From an uncultured bacterium (GTDB taxonomy: Bacteria > Margulisbacteria > WOR-1 > JAKLHX01), in the NCBI GenBank assembly GCA_964532225.1, contig CAZHHM010000005.1, forward strand, positions 12,100 through 76,099: a stretch of 64,000 bases of DNA, written 5' to 3'. Made by a program: the position numbers and the translations under genes. Below the pieces are notes generated by a model. That model did not search any database. It was given only the letters and a program-made list of their open reading frames with translations, and was not told the origin of the DNA. Position 1 is the stretch's first letter. Every line of letters starts with the position of its first letter. Positions 1 to 9,105 of the stretch are shown piece after piece.

Positions 1-68
1 TGCTTATGTAGGGTCATTTCCTGTACAAACACTCCCGACAAAGGGAACAACTCACTACATTTTTGTAA

Positions 69-413
69 CTATAGAGCTGACCTGCCCCTTTCACCCGTCC
101 TTACCCTTACGATCTCCTCGCAAGGATAGACGAATATCTTTCCGTCGCCTGCCTTGCCGGTCCTTGCGGCCTTTTCAAGTACCCCGATTATCTTTTCGGA
201 ATCCTTCTCATCGACCACGACCTCGATCTTGAGCTTTGAGAGGAACTCCACCCTGTATTCACCTGCGCGCCATTCAAGAAGTATGCCTTTCTGCGCGCCC
301 CGGCCCTTTACTTCGGTGACCGTCATGCCTACCACGCCGCTTTCTTCAAGGGCGACCCGTACGTCCTCGAGCTTTTCCTGCCTTATGACAGCTTCTATCT
401 TTTTAAATGCCAT
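69..413 (-). CDS. glnK: Nitrogen regulatory protein P-II (GlnB/GlnK family)
   Basis: 112-aa PII protein. Sits immediately downstream of the ammonium transporter, the typical amtB-glnK pairing. Confidence 0.9.
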   Translation of the reverse strand: MAFKKIEAVIRQEKLEDVRVALEESGVVGMTVTEVKGRGAQKGILLEWRAGEYRVEFLSKLKIEVVVDEKDSEKIIGVLEKAARTGKAGDGKIFVYPCEEIVRVRTGERGRSAL

Positions 414-430
414 TTTATTCCCCTCCTTTC

Positions 431-1651
431 CTATATTGAGTAGGCTGATTCGCCGTGCTGGCTGATATCAAGGCCTACCTCTTCTTCATCGCTGCTTGCT
501 CTGAGCGAATACATGGCATCAATGATCTTTGCCATTACAAAGCTTACTATGAAGGTGAACCCTGCAACGACAGCGACCGTGAACAACTGGATGAAGAACA
601 GATCAGGATTGCCAAGAAGCAGCCCGTTGGCGCCCGCTGAGTTCACTGCCTTATCGGCAAATACGCCCGTAAGCAGAGCTCCTGTTATCCCGCCCATCCC
701 GTGGCAGGCAAATACGTCCAGAGAATCGTCAAGATTGCTTTTCATCCTGATGAGGATAGCATAGTAGGATATCGCCGCTGCTATGCCGCCGATGAACACC
801 GCAGATATCGGGGTAACAAAACCCGAGGCCGGGGTTATCGCGACAAGTCCGACCACCGCTCCGGTAGCAAGACCGAGCACGCTGGGTCTTTTATGTATCC
901 AGCTAATGATCATCCAGACCATGGCCGCTGCAGCTGCAGCAGTATTGGTCACCACCAGGGCCGATGCCGCGAGCCCTCCGGCTGAAAGAGCGGAACCGCC
1001 GTTGAACCCGAACCATCCGAACCACAGAAGGGCCGCGCCCAGGACGACGAATGGGATGTTCGAGGGTTCCATCGGGAACTTCTTGTAGCCCTTTCTCTTT
1101 CCGATGACCATAGCCATTGCAAGAGCGGTAACTCCTGCAGTGATATGCACGACTGTGCCTCCCGCGAAATCAAGAGCACCTATGTTCCTGAGCCACCCGC
1201 CGATACCCCAGACCCAGTGAGCCACAGGGGCATATACGAATGTTGACCACATTAATATGAACATAAGGAAGCTGGGGAAGTTGATCCTCTCCACGAAAGC
1301 CCCTGTTATTAGGGCCGGAGTGATTATGGCAAAAGCCATCTGGAACGCCATGAAAGCAAGGTGCGGTATAGTTGCCGCATATCCTGCGTGAGGCTCCTGC
1401 CCCACACCCACAAGTCCGAACCAGCTCTTGCCGCCTAAAAGTCCTCCGTGATCAGGACCGAATGCCAGTGAATACCCGTAAAGCACCCACTGTATCGATA
1501 TCATCGCCAGTATTACCAGAGAAAGCATCAAAGTGGACAGTATGTTCTTTTTCCTGACCATCCCTCCGTAGAAGAAGGCCAGCGCCGGGGTCATCATTAT
1601 CACCAAAGCTGTTGAGATAAGGACCCATGCCGTATCGCCTGCGTTGATCAT
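431..1651 (-). CDS. amtB: Ammonium transporter Amt
   Basis: 406-aa polytopic membrane protein with Amt-family N-terminus (DTAWVL...TPALAFFYGGMVRKKN) and conserved Amt blocks. Confidence 0.9.
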   Translation of the reverse strand: MINAGDTAWVLISTALVIMMTPALAFFYGGMVRKKNILSTLMLSLVILAMISIQWVLYGYSLAFGPDHGGLLGGKSWFGLVGVGQEPHAGYAATIPHLAFMAFQMAFAIITPALITGAFVERINFPSFLMFILMWSTFVYAPVAHWVWGIGGWLRNIGALDFAGGTVVHITAGVTALAMAMVIGKRKGYKKFPMEPSNIPFVVLGAALLWFGWFGFNGGSALSAGGLAASALVVTNTAAAAAAMVWMIISWIHKRPSVLGLATGAVVGLVAITPASGFVTPISAVFIGGIAAAISYYAILIRMKSNLDDSLDVFACHGMGGITGALLTGVFADKAVNSAGANGLLLGNPDLFFIQLFTVAVVAGFTFIVSFVMAKIIDAMYSLRASSDEEEVGLDISQHGESAYSI

Positions 1652-1673
1652 TGTAGCTCTCCTTTCTTTAAGA

Positions 1674-2093
1674 TCAGATCTTTATAACGCTGTACAGTGA
1701 GAATGCTGAGAACATCGACACGGTCGTCGGTGAAGCTGTATTCACATTTATAATAGGGACACCGATGCCCAGTGCTATCTTGTCGGTCACAGGCTGCTCC
1801 ACCGCGAACTGAAGGCTGAGATCAAATACTGTATCTCCTGCAACGGGCTTGGTTGCCTGAAGCCCAACTCCCCAATAGCCGACAAATACGTCGCTATAAA
1901 GCACAGCTGATGTTCCGCCTGAATTCGACGTGAGAGACCCTGCCACATCGACAACTGTCCCAGGAGCAACATCGAACCTCAGCCCGCCCGCGGTGTTAGC
2001 CGCATTACCGTAAAGGTACATATCGGCCCCGGCAGTCGAAGCAAGCGCGATCATAAGCATGAACATCGATACTAACGACAGAATTTTCTTCAT
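1674..2093 (-). CDS. Small secreted Gly/Thr/Ala-rich beta-type protein, first gene of the amtB-glnK operon
   Basis: Real start is probably MKKILSLVSMFMLMIALAS (signal peptide) at the in-frame ATG 2091-2093. Mature protein about 115 aa. No recognisable family. Confidence 0.45.
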   Translation of the reverse strand: MKKILSLVSMFMLMIALASTAGADMYLYGNAANTAGGLRFDVAPGTVVDVAGSLTSNSGGTSAVLYSDVFVGYWGVGLQATKPVAGDTVFDLSLQFAVEQPVTDKIALGIGVPIINVNTASPTTVSMFSAFSLYSVIKI

Positions 2094-2125
2094 CTTGGTT
2101 CTCCTTTCGAGTATTTGCCGGAGAC

Positions 2126-2144
2126 ATAGCAATATGCCCGCCCG
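2126..2144 (-). promoter_or_regulatory. Candidate sigma-54 (-24/-12) promoter for the secreted-protein/amtB/glnK operon
   Basis: Minus-strand reading cgGGCgggcatatTGCTat has the GG-N10-GC spacing, about 35 nt upstream of the ATG at 2093. A sigma-54 activator is encoded directly upstream. Confidence 0.25.
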
Positions 2145-2239
2145 TATTATTATTGGCTTTGTTTAGGCATATATTAAAATTTACAAGCGCAACTATACTA
2201 CATTTTTGTATATAGTTATGTGTTATATTACGTTTTTGT

Positions 2240-3790
2240 CTATACTCTGAACTGCCGATAGCTGATCTTATGGGCGCGGACCTTGTAGCCGAGGATACGG
2301 ACCGTGGTTTTCAGCATCTTTGCGGCTTTTGATATATTCCCTTTTGTCGATTTCAAGGCATCAATGATGATATCCTTTTCGTAGCTGCCGACAAGGTCGT
2401 CAAGAGACTGCTCTATCTCGGTCTTCGTGTCTTTCGCGGTCTGAAGCGATGCGGGAAGATGATGCGCATATATCACCTCTCCTTCGCACATGAGCACAGC
2501 CCTCTCGATGCAGTTCTCAAGCTCCCTTACATTTCCGGGCCAATGATAAGACATTAACGCGTCTATTGCGGGAGTTGATATCCTCTTTATTATCTTTTTG
2601 TTCATCTTCGAGTACTTTTCAAGGAAATGCTCGGCAATAAGGAGAATATCGCCTTTCCTGTCTTTAAGCGGAGGAAGATAAAGAGGGAACACGTTAAGCC
2701 TGTAATAAAGGTCCTCCCTGAACTTGCCTTCCCTGACCAGCTCTTCAAGGTTCTTGTTGGTCGCCGTTATCAACCTGATATTGCTCTTTATCGTCTCGGT
2801 ACCGCCCAGTCTTTCGAATTCCCTCTCCTGTATCACACGCAGCAGCTTTACCTGAGTGGCGGGGCTGAGGTCCCCTATCTCATCAAGGAATATCGTTCCT
2901 CCCTCCGCGAGCTCAAAACGCCCTGCTTTTCTTTCGAAAGCACCGGTGAAAGCCCCTCTTTCATACCCGAACAGCTCCGACTCAACAAGGTTCTCAGGAA
3001 GGGCGGCCATATTAACCTTGATGAACGGACGCTTCGATCTGAAACTGTTGTAGTGTATCGCATGCGCCACAAGCTCTTTTCCCGTACCTGACTCGCCCCT
3101 TATGAGCACAGAAGCATCGCTCTTTGCCACTTTTGCGATCATTGAGAACACTTCGGTCATACTGTTGCTTCGGCCTATTATGTTCTTGAAACTGTATTTG
3201 TCGCGGAGCTCGTCAAGAAGGTCGGAATTTTCCTTGATAAGACTGTCCTTTTCTTCTTTGCGTATCTTGTATTGCTTTACCGCCTGCGAGATCAGGTGCG
3301 CGATTATCGTAAGGAAGCGGACGTCCTCTTCAAGAGGGAGGTCGGGCGTGAAAATCTTATCGACGGAGAAAGCCCCAATCACTTTTCTTTCAAGTTTGAT
3401 CGGCACGCATATGAAAGAGACATCTTTCTTTTCAAGGTTCTTCCTTGCCTTTGTCTTGTTAAGGAAAAGCGGGTCCTCCCCGATCTTAGGAACGACCATG
3501 GGCTGCCCCGTCTGGACCACCCTGCCGGTCACCCCCTCGCCAAGCCGGTACTTGCCCCTTTTTTTCTCCGGCTCCGACAATCCGTGAGCCACCTCGACTA
3601 TCAGCTCCCCGCTCTTAGGGTCCAGAAGCGTGACCGTGCCTCTCGTCATTCCCATCTTGTCGTCAAGGATCTCCATTACAGAGTACATCGAACGTTCGAT
3701 ATCACCGCTTACATTGAGCATCTGGCTGGCTTCGTACAGTGCGGTCAGTTCCTGGAGCTTTCTTTTCAGGAGGGTCTGGTCTTTTGTCAT
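2240..3790 (-). CDS. Sigma-54-dependent transcriptional activator (GAF - AAA+ - Fis-type HTH; NifA/NtrC-like, no receiver domain)
   Basis: N-terminal GAF-like region. Walker [15 protein letters not shown] motif ([10 protein letters not shown]), and a C-terminal HTH ([21 protein letters not shown]). Likely start MTKDQ at 3790. Confidence 0.85.
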   Translation of the reverse strand: MTKDQTLLKRKLQELTALYEASQMLNVSGDIERSMYSVMEILDDKMGMTRGTVTLLDPKSGELIVEVAHGLSEPEKKRGKYRLGEGVTGRVVQTGQPMVVPKIGEDPLFLNKTKARKNLEKKDVSFICVPIKLERKVIGAFSVDKIFTPDLPLEEDVRFLTIIAHLISQAVKQYKIRKEEKDSLIKENSDLLDELRDKYSFKNIIGRSNSMTEVFSMIAKVAKSDASVLIRGESGTGKELVAHAIHYNSFRSKRPFIKVNMAALPENLVESELFGYERGAFTGAFERKAGRFELAEGGTIFLDEIGDLSPATQVKLLRVIQEREFERLGGTETIKSNIRLITATNKNLEELVREGKFREDLYYRLNVFPLYLPPLKDRKGDILLIAEHFLEKYSKMNKKIIKRISTPAIDALMSYHWPGNVRELENCIERAVLMCEGEVIYAHHLPASLQTAKDTKTEIEQSLDDLVGSYEKDIIIDALKSTKGNISKAAKMLKTTVRILGYKVRAHKISYRQFRV

Positions 3791-3844
3791 GTGTATATTA
3801 TAACACATTTATGTATAACTATTGATTGTTATTACACTTTTGTA

Positions 3845-5404
3845 TTATTTAGATGAGGGCAGAACGATCTTGAACGTGGACCCTTTACCCGGCACACTTT
3901 CAGCTGTGATCTTGCCGTTGTTCTTCTCAATCAATAGCCCGCATTGACTTAGGGCAAGACCCGAACCCTTTTCCCCGTCGGTACCGGGATTACTGGTAAC
4001 ACCAGTATCCTTGAACAAGCCTGAGAGGACTTCAGGGGACATGCCGACACCGGTGTCCTTAACAATGATCTCTACCTTCCCCGCGTTCATCATGCTGTAG
4101 ATGAAGACCTTACCGCCTTTTGGAGTGAACTTCAAAGCATTGGAAAGCAGGTTCCTTATCACAAAAGATAGGATGTCAGCGTCAGCAAATACCTTATGGC
4201 CGTCCTGGGTCATATTGAATATCGAGACCTCTTTGTTCTTCGCGGAAGAATACTGCCGGTCAACTTCTAAGCCTACAAGGCCGGTAACACTTGTTTCTAC
4301 CGGATTAACAGTAACGCCGTTCAGCTGCATTTTTGCCCAATCAAGAAGACCTTCGTGCAGTGCATAGGCTGAATATATCGATGTCCTCAACGTCCCGAGC
4401 ATATGTTCCATCTCAGGCTTGTTCGATACTGACCACCTTTCGATTATCAGGTCTATCCACCCCATCATGACCCCCAAAGGCCCCCTAAGGTCATGTGAGA
4501 TCACCGTAAAGAACCCGAGAAGCTCCTTGTTCCTTTCTTTAAGCTCATTCTCTTTGATCTTGAGGGCTGTAATATCCCTGTTTATCCCGACTACGCCTTT
4601 AAGGTCTCCCACTTCATTGAAGTAAGGGACTTTGGTCACAAGAGACCATTTAGGATCGCCATTAGCATCCCTGCCCTCCTGCTCGATATTAATGATCGGG
4701 GACCTGTACTGGATGACCCTGTCCTCCACCTTTTTAAAGGCAGATGCGGCCTCGTTATCATAATAATCAAAATCCGTCCTTCCAACGATGTCCTTTTCAT
4801 GCCCTACGCCGAGAGACTGCCTGAGCGCACGGTTTGCCATGACGAACCGTCCCTTGCCGTCCTTAAGATATATCTTGTCCGGTATGAGATCGGCAATATC
4901 CTTGACGATATTCAGGTCCGACTCAAGCGATCCAAGGCTGACAGAGGCATCCTGAAGCTCTTTTTGCAGATGACCGATGACAGCATCCGAAGCAATTTTA
5001 TACTCTTCATACTGGCGTCTTATTTCCTCATATGCGTTCAGGGATTCACGTACCGAAGAGCCAAGATTGAAACCCTTGACCCGCTCATCGGCAAGTTCCA
5101 GCCTTAACACTGCGTTTTCCGCTCTTACGGATGAAAGAGCATTGTTGATAGGCTCAAGCTGCAGTGCGTTTATCCTCGAATCGATCTTGCCTATGGTCTT
5201 ATGGAACAGTCCTGTGCCGGACAGTTTTGATGCGGCCTCAAGAACGCGAGATCCTGTCGCCAGCCCGGCTATCTCGACCCTGTTAAGTCCTATAGTCCTG
5301 TCCCAGTGCTCAAGTGCACGGGGCACAAGACGGTCCCTTATTATAGGAAGGTTCCTGAAACGGGAGTTTGTATCTTTGATCTGTATCCTGCCGGGTGTGC
5401 CCAT
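3845..5404 (-). CDS. PAS-domain sensor histidine kinase
   Basis: H-box FFTVISHDLRGPL. HATPase_c motifs (DTGVGMSPEV, GSGLALSQ). Central PAS-like segment ending in a coiled coil. Confidence 0.8.
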   Translation of the reverse strand: MGTPGRIQIKDTNSRFRNLPIIRDRLVPRALEHWDRTIGLNRVEIAGLATGSRVLEAASKLSGTGLFHKTIGKIDSRINALQLEPINNALSSVRAENAVLRLELADERVKGFNLGSSVRESLNAYEEIRRQYEEYKIASDAVIGHLQKELQDASVSLGSLESDLNIVKDIADLIPDKIYLKDGKGRFVMANRALRQSLGVGHEKDIVGRTDFDYYDNEAASAFKKVEDRVIQYRSPIINIEQEGRDANGDPKWSLVTKVPYFNEVGDLKGVVGINRDITALKIKENELKERNKELLGFFTVISHDLRGPLGVMMGWIDLIIERWSVSNKPEMEHMLGTLRTSIYSAYALHEGLLDWAKMQLNGVTVNPVETSVTGLVGLEVDRQYSSAKNKEVSIFNMTQDGHKVFADADILSFVIRNLLSNALKFTPKGGKVFIYSMMNAGKVEIIVKDTGVGMSPEVLSGLFKDTGVTSNPGTDGEKGSGLALSQCGLLIEKNNGKITAESVPGKGSTFKIVLPSSK

Positions 5405-5446
5405 CTTGGTTATTTATCGTTATTTTTAAGCGGGGATTTCAGACAG

Positions 5447-7144
5447 TTATTGTTTTGTTATATCAATAAATTCTTCTATGGTCTTCGCGCCGAGGTCGCC
5501 GTTCTCGCGTGAACGGACAGCAACTTTACCGGCCTCAGCCTCCTTATCCCCCATGACCAGCATGAAAGGGACCTTTTGCATCTGGGCTTCCCTGATCTTA
5601 AAGCCCATCTTTTCACGCCTGTCGTCAAGCTCTACCCTGATCCCTTTTTGTTCGAGCTCAGCCCTGACCTTTGAAGCGTACTCAAGATGCTTGTCGGATA
5701 TCGGGATCAGCACTACCTGCACAGGAGCAAGCCAGTAAGGGAAAGCCCCTGCATAATGCTCTGTCAGAACGCCGATAAAGCGCTCCATGCTCCCCAGCAC
5801 CACCCTGTGTATCATGACAGGTCTCTTTTTGGAACCATCCTCTGCAATGTAGTTAAGGTCGAACCTCTCGGGAAGCGCAAAATCGACCTGTATGGTCGGC
5901 CCCTGCCATGCTCTGCCTATCGCGTCCTTGATCTTGACATCTATCTTTGGCCCGTAAAAAGCCCCGCCGCCAGGGTCAACGTCATATTTGATACCTTTGT
6001 TCTGCATCGCTTTTTCAAGCGCCTGGGTCGCGTGCTCCCAGCCTTTTTCTTCACCAACAAAGCTGTCCGGCCTGGTCGAAAGATATACTTCGTATTCTTT
6101 GAAACCAAAAGCCTTTAGCATGTCAAAAGCGAAATCTATGACATTGACTATCTCCTGCTCGAGTTTTTCCTCGGTGCAGAATATATGGGCGTCATCCTGG
6201 GTAAAGCCCCTTACTCTCATGAGACCGTGAAGGACACCTGACCTTTCGTGCCTGTATACCGTGCCCAGCTCGAAGAACTTGACAGGAAGGTCCCTGTAGC
6301 TTACCAGGCTCCTCTTGAATATCAGCATATGGCCCGGGCAGTTCATCGGCTTAAGGACATATTCCTGCTCGTCTATGTCCATGAAATACATGTTCTCTTT
6401 GTAATAGCTGCTGTGGCCCGAGGTGTTCCAAAGGTCTATCTTGGCAATATGAGGGGTAACGACCTGCTGATACCCTCTCTTCCTGTGCTCTTTTTTGAGG
6501 AACTGCTCTATAGTTTCACGCAGCACCGCTCCTTTTGGGTGATAGAACACAAGGCCGGCACCTGCTTCGTCATAGTAAATATTAAAGAGGTCAAGCTCTT
6601 TTCCTATCTTGCGGTGATCGCGCTTCACTGCCTCCTCAAGCCTCTTGAGGTATGCGTCAAGGTCTTCCTGCTTCTCAAAACAGGTGCCGTATATCCTCTG
6701 AAGCATCTGGTTCTTTTCGTCGCCTCTCCAGTAAGCCCCTGCTATCTTAAGCAGCTTGAACGCCTTTACCTGGCCTGTTGAATCGATATGAGGGCCTCTG
6801 CACAGGTCTATGAACTCACCGTTCTTGTAGAAAGAGACCTTGTCATCTTCAATGCCGTCCAGAAGCTCAAGCTTGAACTTCTCATTGTTATCCTTCATCA
6901 TCTTTACCGCTTCGGGCTTTTGAACTTCTACTCTTTCGAACTTTACGTTCTTCTTTATGATCTCGTTCATTTTCTTTTCAATGGCATCGAGGTCTTCGGG
7001 TGTCAGTGTGCGGCCAAGCTCAAAGTCATAATAGAATCCGTCATCGATAGACGGGCCTATGGCCAGTTTTGCTTCAGGGAACAGCTCTTTCACGGCCATT
7101 GCCATGACATGAGAGGTCGAGTGTCTTAATCTGTCGAGGTCCAT
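5447..7144 (-). CDS. thrS: Threonyl-tRNA synthetase (short form lacking the N-terminal TGS domain)
   Basis: 565 aa. Begins directly with the N2 editing-domain signature (RHSTSHVMAMAVKELFP). Class II core plus anticodon-binding domain with ThrRS motifs (GPKIDVKIKDAIGRAWQ). Confidence 0.9.
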   Translation of the reverse strand: MDLDRLRHSTSHVMAMAVKELFPEAKLAIGPSIDDGFYYDFELGRTLTPEDLDAIEKKMNEIIKKNVKFERVEVQKPEAVKMMKDNNEKFKLELLDGIEDDKVSFYKNGEFIDLCRGPHIDSTGQVKAFKLLKIAGAYWRGDEKNQMLQRIYGTCFEKQEDLDAYLKRLEEAVKRDHRKIGKELDLFNIYYDEAGAGLVFYHPKGAVLRETIEQFLKKEHRKRGYQQVVTPHIAKIDLWNTSGHSSYYKENMYFMDIDEQEYVLKPMNCPGHMLIFKRSLVSYRDLPVKFFELGTVYRHERSGVLHGLMRVRGFTQDDAHIFCTEEKLEQEIVNVIDFAFDMLKAFGFKEYEVYLSTRPDSFVGEEKGWEHATQALEKAMQNKGIKYDVDPGGGAFYGPKIDVKIKDAIGRAWQGPTIQVDFALPERFDLNYIAEDGSKKRPVMIHRVVLGSMERFIGVLTEHYAGAFPYWLAPVQVVLIPISDKHLEYASKVRAELEQKGIRVELDDRREKMGFKIREAQMQKVPFMLVMGDKEAEAGKVAVRSRENGDLGAKTIEEFIDITKQ

Positions 7145-7168
7145 GATGTTATTATAGCGCGTTTTTAA

Positions 7169-7299
7169 CCCTCACCCCGTCCCTCTCCCTTAACAGGGAG
7201 AGGGAGGATCTGGACCCTCACCCCGTCCCTCTCCCTTAACAGGGAGAGGGAGAATCTGGACCCTCACCCCGTCCCTCTCCCTTAACAGGGAGAGGGAGG
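7169..7299. repeat. Tandem array, 3 x 46 bp, each unit a palindromic element ccctcaccccgtccctctcccttaacagggagagggag plus atctgga
   Basis: Three near-identical units read directly. Each carries the inverted repeat ccctctccc/gggagaggg. The array lies between the thrS start codon (7144) and the DUF559 gene. It is followed by a T6 run on the plus strand. Confidence 0.85.
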
Positions 7300-7679
7300 A
7301 CTTTTTTGCGGTATTCAATTATTCTTTTGATGCGCTTTTTAACAAGCTCAAATCTGTTCATTACATCTTCATTGCTGATCCTGAAAACCATAATCCCAAG
7401 AGAATTCAGCACTTGAGTCCTCTGAAGATCATATTCTTTTCTGTGCTCATGGATCTTTCCGTCCACTTCGATCACAAGAAGCAGTTTCGAACAATAGAAA
7501 TCAGCTATAAAGAATGATAGAGGTTTTTGCCTGTTGAACTTGTATCCAGTATTTGCCTTGTCCCTTAAGAAGTATTTCCATAATTTCTCTTCTGTAAGTG
7601 TGGCAGCATTCCTTAGGGCCTTGGCTCTTTCTGTGAGCCTGACATCATAGCCAACATATCCTTTGGCAGGTCGTTGCAT
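7236..7679 (-). CDS. DUF559 (Vsr-like endonuclease fold) domain protein with a repeat-encoded C-terminal tail
   Basis: DUF559 signature ARxLRxxxTxxExxLWxxLR...KFxRQ...DFYC...LVIEVDG..H. The last ~21 aa (LPLPVKGEGRGEGPDSPSPC) are encoded by the 46-bp tandem repeats. Start taken at in-frame M14; the track ORF begins at a TTG at 7718. Confidence 0.6.
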   Translation of the reverse strand: MQRPAKGYVGYDVRLTERAKALRNAATLTEEKLWKYFLRDKANTGYKFNRQKPLSFFIADFYCSKLLLVIEVDGKIHEHRKEYDLQRTQVLNSLGIMVFRISNEDVMNRFELVKKRIKRIIEYRKKVLPLPVKGEGRGEGPDSPSPC

Positions 7680-7794
7680 ATTGCCGCATAGCCAGCAATT
7701 TTGCCGCCGGGCAAACAATTGAGGGCAAATACATTGAATACTAATGAGCCTGCCATATAATTAACGGGAATCAGCAGTTAACTTATCGATCATT

Positions 7795-7879
7795 GGATTG
7801 TCTCCCCTTGATAAATAGTAATCAGGGAACTTCTCTAAGCTTTAGAATATTGGACTGTCTCCCCTTGATAAAGGGGAGA
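7795..7879. repeat. Two direct copies of attgga(t/c)tgtctccccttgataaa; second copy forms hairpin tctcccc-ttgataa-aggggaga
   Basis: Read directly in the intergenic region between the DUF559 gene and dxr. Member of the C/T-rich palindromic repeat family. Confidence 0.6.
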
Positions 7880-7899
7880 TGGCCGAAGGCCAGAGGGGA

Positions 7900-9066
7900 T
7901 TACCCCCGCCCAGCCTCTTCCCTTGCCCATTTCTCGGCTTCAAGCACCTGCTGAAGGGAAGGTTTGCGGATGAGTTGGTGCCGTTTCATGACGGATGCAA
8001 CGATCTTCGGGATGTCGGTGAACCCTATCTTGCCCTTAAGGAAAAGCTCGACCGCGCTGTCGTTCGCGGCTGAAAGCACAGCAGGCATCGTGCCGCCGGT
8101 CTTTCCTGCCTTGTAAGCGAGCGCCAGACACGGGAATTTTTCCATATCAGGCTTAAAGAATTGCATAGACCCAAGCTTTGGGAAATCGACCGAGCCATGA
8201 ATGTTCTTTTTTCTTTCGGGATAGGTCAGAGCGTACTGTATGGGAGTCCTCATGTCCGGAACGCCAAGCTGTGCTATTACCGAGCCGTCGATGAACTCGA
8301 CCATGGAGTGCACTATGCTCTGCGGATGCACAACTACATCGATCTTTTCGTACGGCACGCCGAACAGATGATGCGCCTCGATCACCTCAAGCCCTTTGTT
8401 CATAAGAGAAGCGGAGTCTATCGTTATCTTCGGCCCCATGTTCCACGTCGGATGCTTGAGCGCGTCTTTTGCTTTGACCTTCTTCAGCTGAGCTTTCGAA
8501 AAGTTCCTGAACGGACCGCCTGAAGCAGTTAAAATGAGCCTTTTGATCTGCTCAACCCTGTACCCCGCACCCTGCGTCCTGCCTTCAAGGCTTTGGAATA
8601 TCGCACTATGCTCGCTGTCCAGAGGAAGCAGCTGAGCTTTGTGCTTTTTAACAAGCGGCATTACGATATCCCCGGCCGCGACCAGGACTTCCTTGCTCGC
8701 AAGAGCTATCGTTTTTCCTTTTTTTATGGCTTCGATAGTGGCCGAAAGGCCCGGAGTGCCTACTATGGACATCACGACGATATCCGTAGAAGTGTCCGTG
8801 GCCAGTTTTGAAAGCCCTTCCCTGCCCGCATACACCTTCATCCCAGACCTTTTATACTTTGAAAGGTCAACATCGTCGTCCGAGATGGAGACGGCTTTTG
8901 GTTTGAACTTCGCTATCTGCTTGTCAAAGAGGTCAAGATATCCTTTAGTGGCAAGGCCGATTATCTGAAAGTCAGATAAAAAGGCAGACACCACATCGAG
9001 CGTCTGCCTTCCTATAGAACCCGTTGAACCTAATACTGCGATCCGTTTCTTCATTTGCTTCTTCAT
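7900..9066 (-). CDS. dxr: 1-deoxy-D-xylulose 5-phosphate reductoisomerase
   Basis: N-terminal NADPH-binding motif IAVLGSTGSIGRQTLDV. Length and conserved Dxr blocks. Confidence 0.9.
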   Translation of the reverse strand: MKKQMKKRIAVLGSTGSIGRQTLDVVSAFLSDFQIIGLATKGYLDLFDKQIAKFKPKAVSISDDDVDLSKYKRSGMKVYAGREGLSKLATDTSTDIVVMSIVGTPGLSATIEAIKKGKTIALASKEVLVAAGDIVMPLVKKHKAQLLPLDSEHSAIFQSLEGRTQGAGYRVEQIKRLILTASGGPFRNFSKAQLKKVKAKDALKHPTWNMGPKITIDSASLMNKGLEVIEAHHLFGVPYEKIDVVVHPQSIVHSMVEFIDGSVIAQLGVPDMRTPIQYALTYPERKKNIHGSVDFPKLGSMQFFKPDMEKFPCLALAYKAGKTGGTMPAVLSAANDSAVELFLKGKIGFTDIPKIVASVMKRHQLIRKPSLQQVLEAEKWAREEAGRG

Positions 9067-9105
9067 CCCTCTCCCTTATTAAGGGAGAGGGACAGAGGGT
9101 GAGGG
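9067..9105. repeat. Palindromic repeat element ccctctccc-ttattaa-gggagaggg followed by cagagggtgaggg
   Basis: Inverted repeat read directly between dxr and ilvC. Its reverse complement resembles the 7169-7299 repeat unit (ccctcacc...tccctctccctta). Confidence 0.6.

Noticed and set aside
2153-2169. Plus-strand TGGC-N-GGCAT element with sigma-54-like spacing
   Set aside because: No plus-strand gene lies downstream; it would be antisense to the activator gene. The minus-strand candidate at 2126-2144 is better placed.
7169-7299. Possible CRISPR array
   Set aside because: Units are 46 bp with identical 7-bp linkers rather than unique spacers, and there are no cas genes. Same argument for the 78-bp repeats at 27332-27520.
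7261-7308. Hairpin plus T6 as a rho-independent terminator
   Set aside because: The T-run is on the plus strand where no gene is being terminated. On the minus strand the hairpin is followed by an A-run.
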